A stretch of DNA of 64,000 nucleotides from Felis catus (Eukaryota): assembly GCF_018350175.1 (NCBI RefSeq), contig NC_058373.1:108874001-108938000 (forward strand). The letters are read 5' to 3'. The notes beneath the pieces were generated by a model. The model was not told the DNA's origin. It saw only the letters and a program-made list of their open reading frames with translations, and ran no database searches. Below, in pieces: positions 1 to 11,985 of this stretch; the first letter of the stretch is position 1; each line of letters opens with the position of its first letter. The position numbers were made by a program, and so were the translations under genes.

Positions 1-106
1 GGAGTGACTGCCCTGTCCTATTAACAATGCTATTCACACTCAGAGGGAGAGAATTATGTAAGGGGTAGGAATCTTCGGGAACTTCTCGGAATTCTGCCTA
101 CCCCAT
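1..106. mobile_element. MaLR (MLT1-like) LTR terminal fragment, cut by the window edge
   Basis: Ends in 'gaattctgcctacccca', resembling the MLT1 LTR terminus 'agaattctgcctaccaca'. Confidence 0.45.
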
Positions 107-249
107 AGCCTCATATATACTTTGATTTCCTTCTTTTTTGTATTTCAGAAACAACCTGAAATTTTATAATATCTATTTTTTAAAACGAAGTTTATTTCAG
201 AGGTTTTTGCTTGTGTTTTAAGCTTTCAGACATATGAGATGTTTTTATT

Positions 250-890
250 ATCATTTTGTTACATTGATTTTTAATTTAACTGCATTATGATGATTTATCA
301 ATCTGTATGATATTGACCTTAAGGTATTTATTAACAATGTTTCTTTGTGGTCTAATATTTGGTCATTTTCAAAGAATATTCCATATATGTTCAAAGAGAT
401 TGAAGATTTTTTGTTTTGTCCTATTATATTTTGTATGTATATAAAGTGAAAAAATAGACCTATGCTAAATGAAACCACTGACTGGTAACAGTTAATTTGC
501 TATCACAGCAGAGCCTGGGTAATACTGTATAACATGGGGGAGTTTACTTATTTAGAACACAGTAAATTTCACTGAGTTATTTATTTAGCTTCCTTCTAAT
601 GCATCTCAGAGTCTGTTCGTAGATTTACTTCTCCCTTCCTGGAGAGCTGCCACTAAATGTCTGCAAAGAGGACTCTTCTTGTGAAGTAAAAATTTTAAGG
701 CCTTATTTGTCTGAGAGTAGTATCTCTTACATATAAATTACTGCTTGTCTGGATGGATAGATGTCATCTCAAACTTATTTTACTTTGGCACTCTGAAAAT
801 ATTATTCCATGGTCTTCTTGTTGTCTGTGTTACTCTTGGGTTGTATAGAAGTATTTTTCCCCTTTTTAATTTACAATAATGTGATTAGGT
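250..890 (-). mobile_element. Highly decayed ancient L1 (L1M-type) fragments
   Basis: 'tttgtggtctaatatttggtcattttcaaagaatattccatatatgttcaaagag' resembles antisense L1 ORF2 endonuclease; 'ttattccatggtcttcttg' resembles antisense L1 ORF1 region. Confidence 0.5.
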
Positions 891-1791
891 ATATTACTAA
901 GTGTTGTTATACAATACTGTGTTATAGGATGTCTGTGTGAAATGCCCAAAAGTTAATTTGGGAGGTTGAATCTTTCATTCAGACATGACATCCAAGTAGT
1001 ATATGTAAAATTCTGTAACTCTTAGACTTTATAAGGGAACCAGGTAGTGGGAGACTAGTACCAAGGACAGCTCCTGGGGGAACCCATACCTTTATAGGGT
1101 GGCTCAAACACTTCCAATGAGAAAGGAAATCGTATTCAAATAAAAATATGATGACTGATAAGTATATGAATTAGTATTTCTCCTATTTTGTGGCTTGTGA
1201 ATTTTAAAGCACAAAGCCACTAGTGCTCAAGAGAGTTTTTATCTTGCTGTCATTATCCTTAATCTATTTTGTTAATATTTACTTTATTCATTGAGGCTTA
1301 TTCCTTAATGTTTAAAGTCAGATGAGGATGTGGGGAAGGGTAGACCTACAAGACTGGTGGATGGCAATGTCTTAGACATAGACTGTAAAATACCCTGATT
1401 GTAAAATATGAGCAGCAGGGTCCGACCCAGGAGGACACAACTGACAAGAATGAGAAAAGGGCTCCTTAGCTTTCTGAGTAAGGACCCAGTCCCATTTGGG
1501 AGCTGAATTAAGAAACTGAGACCAGGGATAGAGAATAATCTCATGCAGGAAGATTAATTATGGATAAAGCCAGCTTTGTAAATGGAGATCTCTTTTAACC
1601 TCTAACATGATGGATCTAGAACTAAAGACAACTGTCCTTTCAGACTTACTAGTGAGAATGGAATGTCTTCTAGACAATAAAGACCCATTCTCTGTACCTT
1701 GTTTTATAAATTGAATTATTCCTTTTCCCCCAAATAATAAAGATTTTAATCCCTAGCACCTCAAAATGTGACCTTAATTAGATGGAGAATT

Positions 1792-1995
1792 GGGGCGCCT
1801 GGGTGGCTCAGTTGGTTAAGCATCCAACTTCGGCTCAGGTCACGATCTCGCGGTCCGGGAGTTCGAGCCCCGCATCGGGCTCTGTGCTAACTGCTCAGAG
1901 CCTGGAGCCTGTTTCAGATTCTGTGTCTCCCTCTCTCTCTGACCCTCCCCCGTTCATGCTCTGTCTCTCTGTGTCTCAAAAATAAATAAACGTTA
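1792..1995 (+). mobile_element. Can-SINE (feliform SINEC type)
   Basis: 'ggggcgcctgggtggctcagttggttaag' tRNA-like head, B-box 'gttcgagccc', (CT)-rich linker, 'aaaaataaataaacg' tail. Confidence 0.97.
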
Positions 1996-1996
1996 T

Positions 1997-2220
1997 GGGG
2001 CACCTGGGTGGCACAGTCGGTAAAGCGTCCGACTTCAGCCAGGTCACGATCTTGCGGTCCGTGAGTTCGAGCCCCACGTCAGGCTCTGGGCTGATGGCTC
2101 AGAGCCTGGAGCCTGTTTCCGATTCTGTGTCTCCCTCTCTCTCTGCCCCTCCCCCGTTCATGCTCTGTCTCTCTCTGTCTCAAAAATAAATAAACGTTAA
2201 AAGAAAAATTAAAAAAAAAA
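1997..2220 (+). mobile_element. Young Can-SINE (SINEC_Fc-like), tandem to the previous SINE
   Basis: Diagnostic 'gacttcagccaggtcacg' and 'ggctctgggctgatggctcag'; A-rich tail. Confidence 0.97.
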
Positions 2221-2819
2221 GAGGATCATTGTAGATGTAATTAATGTAGATGAAGTCATACTAAAGTATGGTGGGCTCTTAATCCAAGATGACCTGCTGT
2301 CCTTACGAGAAAACAGCTATGTGAAGACATAAGCAGGTAGGGAAAACACCATGTGATGACAAATCAGAGACTGGAATTAGGCAGTTGCAAGCCAAGGAAT
2401 ACCAAAGATTTCTAGAAAACGAGCAGAAACTAGGAAGAAACACCGGAGGATTCTCCTACAGTATTGTGGCTCTGCCAACATTTTTATTATGGCAGCTCTA
2501 GGAAACTAGCACACCTTGGGAAGTGTATGGAGGGGAAAGACATAGTTTCTGTTCAGTGGGCTGAAGCAAGCTGGAGAACAAAAGCAGGGAGATTTCTCTT
2601 CCAAAGAGCATAGCTAATAATCAAGATCTTTGCCTGGAAACTTGTTGCCCATTCCCTGCACTGAAGCTCTGTCAAATATCGAATTGTTCTCTGAATGTTT
2701 TCCACAATGATAAACACTTGAAATAAGTTAAAGCTCAAATTCACTTTATGAGACAAAGAGCCAAAATATTTCTAACTTAGGCCCATCTTTGGCTACAACA
2801 TTTCTCTTGTGAGTCTCTC

Positions 2820-4215
2820 AAGTTTATGGCCATTTTGAGTTAATTTTCATACATGGTAAGTGTTGAGAGTCTGTGGATGTCCAGATATTACAATATGGAT
2901 GTCCTGGTGTTGCAGCACTATTTATTGAAAAGTATGTCATTTATTTTTCTTTTAAAGTTTATTTATTTACTTTGAGAGAGAAGGAGGAACAGAGAGAGGG
3001 AGTGAGAGAATCCCAAGCAGGCTCTGCGCTGTCAACATAGAGTCTAACACAGTGCTTGATCCCACGAACCATGAGATCTTGACCTGAGCTGAGATCAGGA
3101 GTGGGTCACTTAACCAAATGAGCCACCCAGGTGTCCCAAAATTCTGTCATTTCTTAATGAACTACCTTTGCACCTTTTTGGGAATCCAGTGACGTATATG
3201 AATGGGACTATTTCTAGACTCCATTCTGTTCCACTGATTTATGTGTCCATTCTTTAGCAAATACCATACTTTCTTTATTATTGTAGCTTTATATTAAGCC
3301 TTAAAATCAAGCAGTACAAGATCACTGGTTGTTGTTGTTTTTTTCTTTTGCAAACAAAATTTTGCTTGGATTTGGGATGAGACTGTGTACAATTATTTAT
3401 AGACTAATTTGGGGAGAATTGACCTCATGACCATATTTTGTCTTCCAATCATAGGTCTCCATTGGTACAAATCTTCCTGATTTCTCTAACCACTGTTTTG
3501 TAATATTCAGCATGAAAATCTTGCACATATTTTCCTAGATTTATTTCTAATTATTTTATGTTTTATGGTACTCCTGTAATGGTACTATTTTCAAATTTAA
3601 TTTCTAATTCTTCATTGCTAGTATGTATAAGTGTAATTGATATTTTATATGTTAACTTTTTATCCTACAAACTCATGAAAATATTTATTAGACTTATAAG
3701 CTTTCTCATAGGTCATTCTTAATTTTTCATTGTATATAATGTCATTTATTAATTAAAACCTTTTTATTCTCTTACAATTCATTCATTTATTCATTTATTC
3801 ATTTACTTATTGTTTTTCCTTTTTTATGCCCAATTTCACTGTCTAGGACCCCCAGTATAATGTTGAATAGGATGGATGAGAGCAGATGTATTACTTTTTA
3901 GCTGGTATTAGTATATAGCATTCAGTTTTTCACTGATGTGAAACTAACTTAACTATGATGTTAATTGTAAGCTTTTTATATAGATTTATCAGGGTGAGGA
4001 AGTTTTCTTATATTCCTAGTATGATGAGAACTTCTATCATTAATGGATGTTGAATTTTGTTAATTGTTTTTCTCTGTATCTATTGAAATGTGTTTTTGTC
4101 TCTTACTTCTTTAATATTGAGTAGTGCCTTAATTGTTCTCTAAACCAACCTTGCATTTTGGGGATAAATTCAATGTGATCACACTGTGTAATAGTTTTGA
4201 TGTTGCTGGACTCAC
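2820..4215 (-). mobile_element. Old L1 (L1MC/MD-like) ORF2 fragment
   Basis: Antisense ORF2 motifs such as 'cagtataatgttgaatagga', 'tcctagtatgatgagaac', 'aatggatgttgaattttgt', 'aaccaaccttgcatt'. Confidence 0.85.
2943..3137 (-). mobile_element. Older Can-SINE inserted in L1
   Basis: Reverse-complement SINE ending 'agccacccaggtgtccc'; degenerate TSD aaaagtatgtcattt / aaaattctgtcattt. Confidence 0.93.
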
Positions 4216-4217
4216 CT

Positions 4218-4740
4218 TCAATACAAAGATACAGATTTTTAAAAGAATAGGAAATATATACCCAAAATACCACTAATACAAATGAGCCAAGTACCTATAT
4301 TAGTATCCAGTAATATGACTTCAGAGAAAATATTACCAGCAATGAGTAAGGAAATTGCATAATAATGAAGAGATCAATTCATTAAGGCATAACCATACTA
4401 ATTATGTATGCATCTAACAAGAAATCTCCAAAATACATAGAGTAAAAACTGATAGAACTGAAATATAAATAGAAATTTCTACAATTATAGTTGGGAACTT
4501 CAACCCCCTCTCTCAGAACTTGATAGAATTAGTGGTCAGGACATGATTTAAAAAAGAAATAATCTTGATCTGCAGACTCTTCCAAAACTAGAGGACAATG
4601 GAGTGCTTCCCAACTTGTTAGAAGTCAGCACACCCTAATGTCAAAGTCAGACAAGCACATCATAAAAAATTAGAAACCAGTATGTCTCATGAATATAGAT
4701 TGCAAAACACTAAGAATTAATAGCAAACTGAATTCAATAA
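4218..4740 (+). mobile_element. Inverted L1 ORF2 segment (endonuclease part plus start of RT region)
   Basis: Sense ORF2 motifs 'atgtatgcatctaacaag...aaaatacat', 'acaattatagttgggaacttcaac', 'tctcatgaatatagattgcaaaa'. Confidence 0.8.
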
Positions 4741-4744
4741 AACT

Positions 4745-5360
4745 CTGCCTTCTATTTACCATTGGTCTTGCTTGGGAGTTACTTTTCCCTTCCACTGCAT
4801 TAGGGGAATTCTACATGGTATTACTTATAGAATTTTAGCCGCATAATAGTTTTTTACCTCTTCCAGAGGTAGAGTTAACTTTTTATTCCTTAACCAGCTG
4901 CTCTGTGTCTTTGCCTCTGTGTTCTATATGTGATTGGCCTTTCTGCCACTCCTCCAGTTGCATAGGGCCTTTTCTTCATCTATAAAAGGTGCAAGCAAGG
5001 CAGCTATGTGCCTGCTCACCACTCCCTGTAGCCAATAATTTCTACAGACCTGCACCACCAACAGTATTTTTCAGTCTCCTAATTTGATGCCAGTTGTAAT
5101 TCTAAGCAACCGGTTGAATCTTCTGAGAAGGAGCATGCATATAACTGGCTTACCTTTTGTCAAGTGCCTCTTCTTTCTGTACTTGGTCACAAGTGAGGCA
5201 TTTTTGAGGTTCAGTTTTCTTCTTGGAAATGTTGTCTCTTTTAGGATTTTAGGATAGTTAGTCTTGTGAAATTAGCTCTTTGATAAACTTAAGGAAAGTT
5301 ACGATTTTGTGGTTTCTCCATATTTTCCTCATTGTTAGGTTGTACGGTTTTTGCACCTTT
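4745..5360 (-). mobile_element. Probable old L1 5'-end fragment
   Basis: 'agctctttgataaacttaaggaaagttacgattttgtggtttctcca...ttgttagg' resembles antisense L1M 5' end consensus. Confidence 0.45.
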
Positions 5361-6870
5361 GTGTATCCTGAGCGGACACCAAACTTTGGTCCAGTGATTT
5401 TGACCTCTGTTCAAAATTGTTCTCCTCACAACCCTAAGACCAATAAGACCAAACAGATGTTTCTTAAATACAGGAATTGAATGTCCCCTATTGCTCTGGG
5501 TCTAGTTGTCCCCCCTACATTCTGGCCAGTTTTTCTAGCATGTATTTATTTTTTCTTTTTCTTTCTTTTTTTTTTTTTATCATGCTTGTCCATTATTCTT
5601 TCATAGCTGTTCCCTTCTCATTGTCTTTTTCATTTTTCTGCCACTTGTTATCTCTTGGCATTATTCTAGTGATCTGAAAACCTCATCCTCCTAGTTTCCT
5701 CTCTATTTAACTCCAGTTTCTCAGTCATTTTAACTATCTTCCGAAGTTGCTATCCTATCCAGCCTGGGCAGAAGCCTTTGTCCCATCCCCTCTACCTCAG
5801 TCAGATGATGCTGTACCTCTTTGACATCATGTAACCTCATATGTAAGGCAGTTAACAATATATAAGTATTATTTAATATAATGTTTTTTCATTCTCATCC
5901 ACCTCCTTTTCACACATAGGTTGACAATGTTCAGAGTGTCATGATTTTAGTGTTTGGAGATTTTCTTATATTGATTTATTTTGGACAACACCAACCTGAC
6001 CTTTGATAAGCTACCAGATCAGCTATTAGGTAGAATTTGAACATTTTGACTGCTCATTGACAAAAAAATAGGACACTTCTTTATTATTTGCCTTTTAGAG
6101 CACCTACCAGCTTTAATGTAATTAATGTATATTACATAAGAGAGATAATGGTCTCATCATGGGAGTTTTACAATTTAGCAAATTAGTTTTCTATAACTTT
6201 GTCTCCTCTCTCCTCTATGACCCACCAGGGAACCATATCGTTATTTTATAGACTAGCTTCTTCAAGTCTCAGTACTTGAATAATTTCTCTGTTTTCCCAA
6301 TAGGGTTGCTTCACCTTGATCTATTTTCTTATTTTCCAGTTCTCCATCTTGCTTTTCTTTAAAATGTCTTCCAAGTCTCAAACCCAATGTTTCCTCTCTT
6401 GAGGCTGCTTCTGGAGATTATTTCTTACTATTTAACATTCCATAAGTGTGCAAAGAAGTCTGTGGCCAAATGTTTCCAGAATTTATTTTTAAAAATAATA
6501 AAAAAAAAATCTAAAACAAAATGACACCAAGATTATATACTCATAACATCTGACTAGGGTGTTTATAAAGAAATGGTAAAATCCCTATGATGCCCCTAAG
6601 CACAAGGAAGTCCTGAAATCCTAAAGTAAGCAATTTAATTGGGAATTGTGGCTCTTACAGTTCTCTTTTAGTTCATTTCCTCATTCTAGACATGGGATGT
6701 AAACCTCACATACAGTTATATGATATTTTGATCACATTTTAGACTTAGAAGAAACTAACAGGCTGTATCTTGACAGAAGATGTGATTTAGTTTGCTTACA
6801 GAATATTTTATACCTTTTGAATTTATTGTCAACATTTAAGTTTTGGAGATTTTACATCAATTTAAAAAAA

Positions 6871-6887
6871 TTTTTAAGTTTATTTAT

Positions 6888-6930
<43 letters not shown>

Positions 6931-7083
6931 AAGCGAATGCACAAGTGGGGTAGGAACAGAGAAAGAGGGAGAGAGAATTCCAAGCAGGCTCCAATGGGAC
7001 TCAAACCCACAAACTGTGAGATCGTGACCTGAGCTGAGATCAAGTGTCGGATGCCTAACCATATGAGCCACCCAGGTGCCCCC
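6871..7083 (-). mobile_element. Can-SINE with (GA)n linker
   Basis: T-rich tail, (GA)n tract, 'gacctgagctgagatcaag', 'gagccacccaggtgcccc'. Confidence 0.95.
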
Positions 7084-7699
7084 AAATTTTTTTAATATAT
7101 AAGGGCTGCACTAGTGGGCCTATGTTTTGACATAGCAATACAATTACTGTGGTTGCACAGCAGCTCCCCTCTTTAGATGGGACATGGAAATCTAGCTCCA
7201 CATAATCTTCACCATTCCCCATTATCTTTCTGTCTGCCCACTCCACACACTCCTGTTACCTGACTGACTCCTAACTAAATCATTTGATATTGTAGCAATT
7301 ACCTTAGAGATTGGTTTCCAATAAGGGTACATACTGTTATAATAGCTAAAGAACCAGTCAAAAAAAATTGTCATATTATTTCCCATTAGGTACTTACAAT
7401 CTAAGACAGATGAGACTAGTATTGTCTAAATTTACCTATAATTTGCTCTTATCTCATACAGGCTTCCCCTAAACATTAAACTAAGGGTGATCTTAAATTA
7501 TTCAAACCAAAATATTATGAGTATCATATCAATTATTTTTCATCACTACAATGGTATAAGATGGTCCTGTGCAAACTGTAACATATTGTCATCCTAATTA
7601 TACTCATGGACAGTATCTGCTTCATCATTGAATTTACAAAAATATCCATAACTCCATCTTCTTATTTAAATTTTGAGATACCTACAGTTTCTACTCGAA

Positions 7700-8190
7700 A
7701 TATTTATTCACTTATTTATTCTTTCAATAAATATTATATGCTAGGCTTTATTCTAGGTTCTGGAGATAAGGTGAGAAATGCAATAAACATATCATTTAGC
7801 CTTCTAGAACTTATATTTTGGATACAAACAATTAAGATGCAATACAATATTATGGGGATAAGATCTATGAATAAAAATGAAACAAGCTAAGGGATGAAAG
7901 GTGATATGTTGGTTCTATTTTACATGAGGCTTTTAAGAAAGACCTCATGAGGAGGTGATATCGTAACAAAACCCTGAAAGAAATGGGAAACTGAACCCTT
8001 CAAATGAAGGCTTTTGAAGGCAACAGCAAATGTGAATACCCCAAGAGTGCTTGACATCATCAAAGAGGTAGTAGCCCAGTGAAGCTACCACAAAGAGATT
8101 TGGGGGATGAATCATAGAGAATGAGGCCAAAGATGTAACAAACCAGATCAAATAAATAGATTATAGGAATGAAACTTGAAGCCTTTTGAG
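7700..8190 (-). mobile_element. L2 fragment
   Basis: 'ttattctttcaataaatatt...atgctaggctttattctaggttctggagata' is antisense L2 3' end pattern. Confidence 0.7.
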
Positions 8191-8350
8191 ACTTCCCCAT
8201 GTTCTGACAGAAAGTATGAAGAATACATCAAGAATACCATATGATTTCACTCCTATGTGGAATTTAAGAAACAAAACAGTTGAACATAGGGGAAGGGACG
8301 GAAAAATAAAATAGGGTAAAAACAGAAGGGAGGCAAACCATAAGAGTCTC

Positions 8351-8548
8351 TTTTTTTGAATTTTTAAAATATTTATTTATTTTTGAGAGAGAGAGAGACA
8401 AAGACAGAGCACGAGTTGGGGAGAGACAGAGAGAGAGTGAGACAAAGAATACGAAGCAGGCTCCAGGCTCTGAGCTGTCAGCACAGAGCCCCATGTGGGG
8501 CTTGAACCCACAAACCGAGAAATCATGACCTGAGCCAAAATCGAAATC
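8351..8548 (-). mobile_element. 5'-truncated Can-SINE nested in L1 3'UTR
   Basis: 'gaagcaggctccaggctctgagctgtcagcacagagccc'; lacks the 'gccacccagg' head. Confidence 0.9.
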
Positions 8549-8645
8549 GTTTTAAAACTGAGGGTTGCTGGAGGTGAGGTGCGTGAAGGGTGGGGTAGAT
8601 TGGGTGATGGGCATTAAGGAGGGCACTTGTGATGAGCGCTGAGTG

Positions 8646-8646
<1 letters not shown>

Positions 8647-8702
<56 letters not shown>
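8647..8702. repeat. (TA)n microsatellite
   Basis: Pure TA run. Confidence 0.98.
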
Positions 8703-8707
<5 letters not shown>

Positions 8708-9456
8708 AATAGCTAAATTCTACTCCTGAAACCAGTATACACTATATGTTAGCTAACTTGAATTTAAATAAAATCTTGGAAGAAAAAAAAAAAGAATGCT
8801 TAGTTTAAAACACTGTTGCGTTTGGATTGTGACAGTGCTTTGGGCATTGGTTTCCTTATGTCAGGTTCCCTGGGTCTGAATTCTGGATCTCATGTGTGTT
8901 CTGACCTCTCCTTATGCTCCAGGCAACTGATAGTCCCACACCCCGGCTCCTTCCTGACAACTAGTTACTACAGACAGGCTCCCTGATCTCTAAATCAAGT
9001 CCTTGACCTTTCAATCTTTAAGAGGATCCTAATGGTTGTGTCTTATACTGATTTCCTGGCTACTTGACCTCAGGTTGAATATGATCCTATAACTCAGGCT
9101 GTTCAACTTTAGCTTGTTTTCCTCCTCATTATCTGCTTTCTTGATCCTTAGTTTGAAATAACAGTTCCAAACTTGCCATTTGGCCATGATCATGTTATAA
9201 GAGTTCAACCTCTCTTGTCACAAACGTTTGTTGCACAACTGCCTTCATTAAACTGGATAATTAAATTAAAGAAAATATAATGCCTGGAAGACAACAACTC
9301 CCAATATTGTGCCTGACCTTTATGCCTACTGAGGTCATGCTAGTTTCTTGCCAATATAAACCAACAGCAAAAATATTTAAGTTTCTCTCTTTTCACATGC
9401 AAATGGTAATACACTTTTTTGTTCACAGTGGTTTGCTATTCATAAGAAAATGTTTT

Positions 9457-9668
9457 GGAGCGCATGGGTGGCTCAGTCGGTTAAGCGCTGACTTCGGCTC
9501 AGGTCATGATCTCATGGTTCGTGGGTTCGAGCCCCGCGTCAGGCTCCGTGCTGACAACTCAGAGCCTGGAGCCTGTTTCAGATTCTGTGTCTCCCTCTCT
9601 CTCTGACCCTCCCCCATTCATACTCTGTCTCTCTCTGTCTCAAAAATAAATAAACATTAAAAAAAAAA
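9457..9668 (+). mobile_element. Can-SINE
   Basis: Head, B-box 'gttcgagccc', tail; TSD-like aagaaaatgtttt / aaagaatgtttt. Confidence 0.96.
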
Positions 9669-10224
9669 GAATGTTTTAAGTCAATGTCATGACTTAGTCT
9701 TATACCACAAAGAAGTGTTTCTCATCCATTCTCATGTTTTTTTTTAACTGGATGTGACTACATGGTGGCTGTAGGTAATCAACTCCTTGGTACCTCTATA
9801 AGCCATCCAAAGCATACCATTTAAGAGTGGGTTTCGGTGGGTTTTTTTCAGAGTTATCTCAACTATGTCTGAAATTCAATTAATTACAGGTGTTTCTACA
9901 TAAATCATAATAAGAAATTGTCACCCCCCAGCTACATTTCACCTATATTTCTGAAACATGAAAGACCAAAAATAGAGCAAAAAATATCGTACCACTAGTG
10001 TATTTTAAGACCCTTTTTCACCCCTCTGAAACAAATAACTTATTCAAACAAGATAGATATGAGCAGTAATATATTTCAGAATTAGCTCATAATTCTGAGC
10101 TTCGAAAATATATTTTCCTAAGTTCATTTTTCTCAAATATTATCTATCCTAAGCTTTTAATCATATAGAATTAATTCCAGAGTATTTCATTTTTAATTTT
10201 GTACTTCCAAAATAAGAACATGCA

Positions 10225-10500
10225 TTTTATTTTTTATTTCAACAAACACCTACTTACTACCTCTGATATGCTATGTTCCATATTCTGGGGAAGTAAAAAA
10301 AAAAAAAAAAAAAAGACATAGTCCCTTGTCCAAGTTGTTCATGGTCTAGAGTGGAAAACTGGCAAGGAAACCTTTGGTTATAGTATATATGGTACTTACA
10401 ATATCAGACGTTTATAGACAGTGTAATCCATAAGAAGGAGTAATCAATTTTATTCAGGTGATAAGAGATAAGGCAAGTGAGGCTTCAAACCTACATATTG
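10225..10500 (-). mobile_element. L2 3' fragment
   Basis: 'tttcaacaaacacctacttac...gacatagtcccttgtccaagttgttcatggtctag'. Confidence 0.6.
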
Positions 10501-11494
10501 GAAGAGGTAAAACATTGAAGTAAGATACCTATAATATTTGCAAACTCTGTGTCTTCAAAAGTAATGTCAGATCCTTGTTGTAAAAAGTGTATTAAACTTG
10601 GCACTAATAATCCCAGGTGTATTCTTATACTATCCTAAATGAAATTGTTCTGGCTTTTAAATCTTGTATATTTCCTCACCATGGAAGATAATTCTCAATG
10701 CAAAGTGGGCAACATGTGGATGGATAGTTATGAGAAAAATGGTGATCATTCCCTTTGCTCTAAATGGGTTAATTTAATCAAAGACAATGATGTACTATCT
10801 TAGATGATGGAGTTCTTCCTAATGATTTTATAGAGGGAATGAAGCCAATTTTATTGGGATACCAACATCTTTTTACCCATTTCAGCAGCTTAGCATTAGA
10901 AGCACATCAATTGCATTCCCAAACAAAAATGTATTCAGACCTTTTAGGCAGCCTCCTTTGTATTTAACTTAACTCGTACCCTTGGCTCATTGTAAGTGGC
11001 ATGAGGGAGTGTATTGCCCGTAATACTGCCTACCCTGAAGATGCTTACATTAGTTTTCTGTTTTTTCCCCTGCTGATGTTGATGGTTCATCTGAATCCCT
11101 GGATAGGAGGGGAATGTTAACTTTAGTGGTCTGTAATATTCCAAACCAGGTACCTGTGATCTAATTTCTGCCTATCAAACACCTTTTAGCAATTTAAGCT
11201 ATATGAAAATGTATCACTTCATTTCTTTCCAAAAAATAGTGAGTATGACTATAGGAGATTAGTAAAAAAGATTCTACATCTAATTCTAATATAAATAATT
11301 TTATTACATGTTGTAAATATCCCGATACTTACAAAGTTTAAAATATTTTTATTCATTTTCCCATTCATAATTTTATAAAGAATTATTGATATTTTGACAA
11401 ATAAGCAGTTGCAACCAATTAAAAATCAATTAGATAATGGTTCTGAAGGTATAATTAGATAAGAGATTCTGTGTTAGATTTTCTATTCATTATC

Positions 11495-11985
11495 TAGTCT
11501 TCTCTTTCTATGTGTTCTCTCAGGGTAATATCTTCCATGACCATGATTTCAATTCAAGCCTAGAATTCTCTGTCCTGGATTTCAGGGCCCTGTATTCTGT
11601 TCCTTAACAGATGTCTTCACTTGGATGTCCTCAAGACATCTCACTCCCAATTGCAGAAATGGTCTCAGTATCAGTCCTGTATTCTTGTATCTTCTTTAAT
11701 CTCTATATTCCTTATACCTATCAGGTTTCCAAGTCAACACTTTGTGACCTATCACAGACCCATTCCTTTTCCTTTCCATTTCTTCCATATCCAAGAGTTT
11801 TCAAGGTCATGAGATTTAAATCTTATGAAGATTTCTTTTCATCCATATTCTCCTTTCCATTCTTACTGCTATTACCCTGGTTCTGGTGCTGACCATGTCT
11901 CTCCAGAGCATTGGAATGACCCCTGACTGAGGTCTTCCACTCTAAATCTTAGACTGCTTCCTTCTCATGCTTGCTGTGGCCAGAG
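11495..11985 (+). mobile_element. L2 fragment
   Basis: 'gatgtcttcacttggatgtcctcaagacatctca' and pyrimidine-rich L2-like body. Confidence 0.6.

Larger units (their letters stand above)
1711..2513 (+). mobile_element. MaLR MLT1 (B/C-like) solo LTR interrupted by two SINEs
   Basis: Motifs 'ccctagcacctcaaaatgtgacctta', 'gtagatgtaatt', 'gcaagccaaggaat' and terminal 'atggcagctctaggaaactagcaca'. Confidence 0.8.
8232..8793 (+). mobile_element. Carnivore L1 3' end with poly(A), internal (TA)n and a nested SINE
   Basis: 'aataccatatgatttcactcctatgtggaatttaagaaacaaaac', 'gggtgatgggcattaaggagggcacttg', 'gaatttaaataaaa' plus A tail. Confidence 0.92.

Noticed and set aside
1792..1875. tRNA-like A/B boxes
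   Set aside because: Part of the tRNA-derived SINE head, not a tRNA gene.
1782..2189. Recurrent ORFs such as WVAQLVKHPTSAQV...SDSVSPSLS, seen here and at many other sites
   Set aside because: They are translations of Can-SINE bodies, not a gene family.
11004..11048. TAATACTGCC matching the miR-200b/c 5' end in a small stem-loop
   Set aside because: Only 10-11 nt match; the rest of the mature miRNA and the precursor arm are absent.
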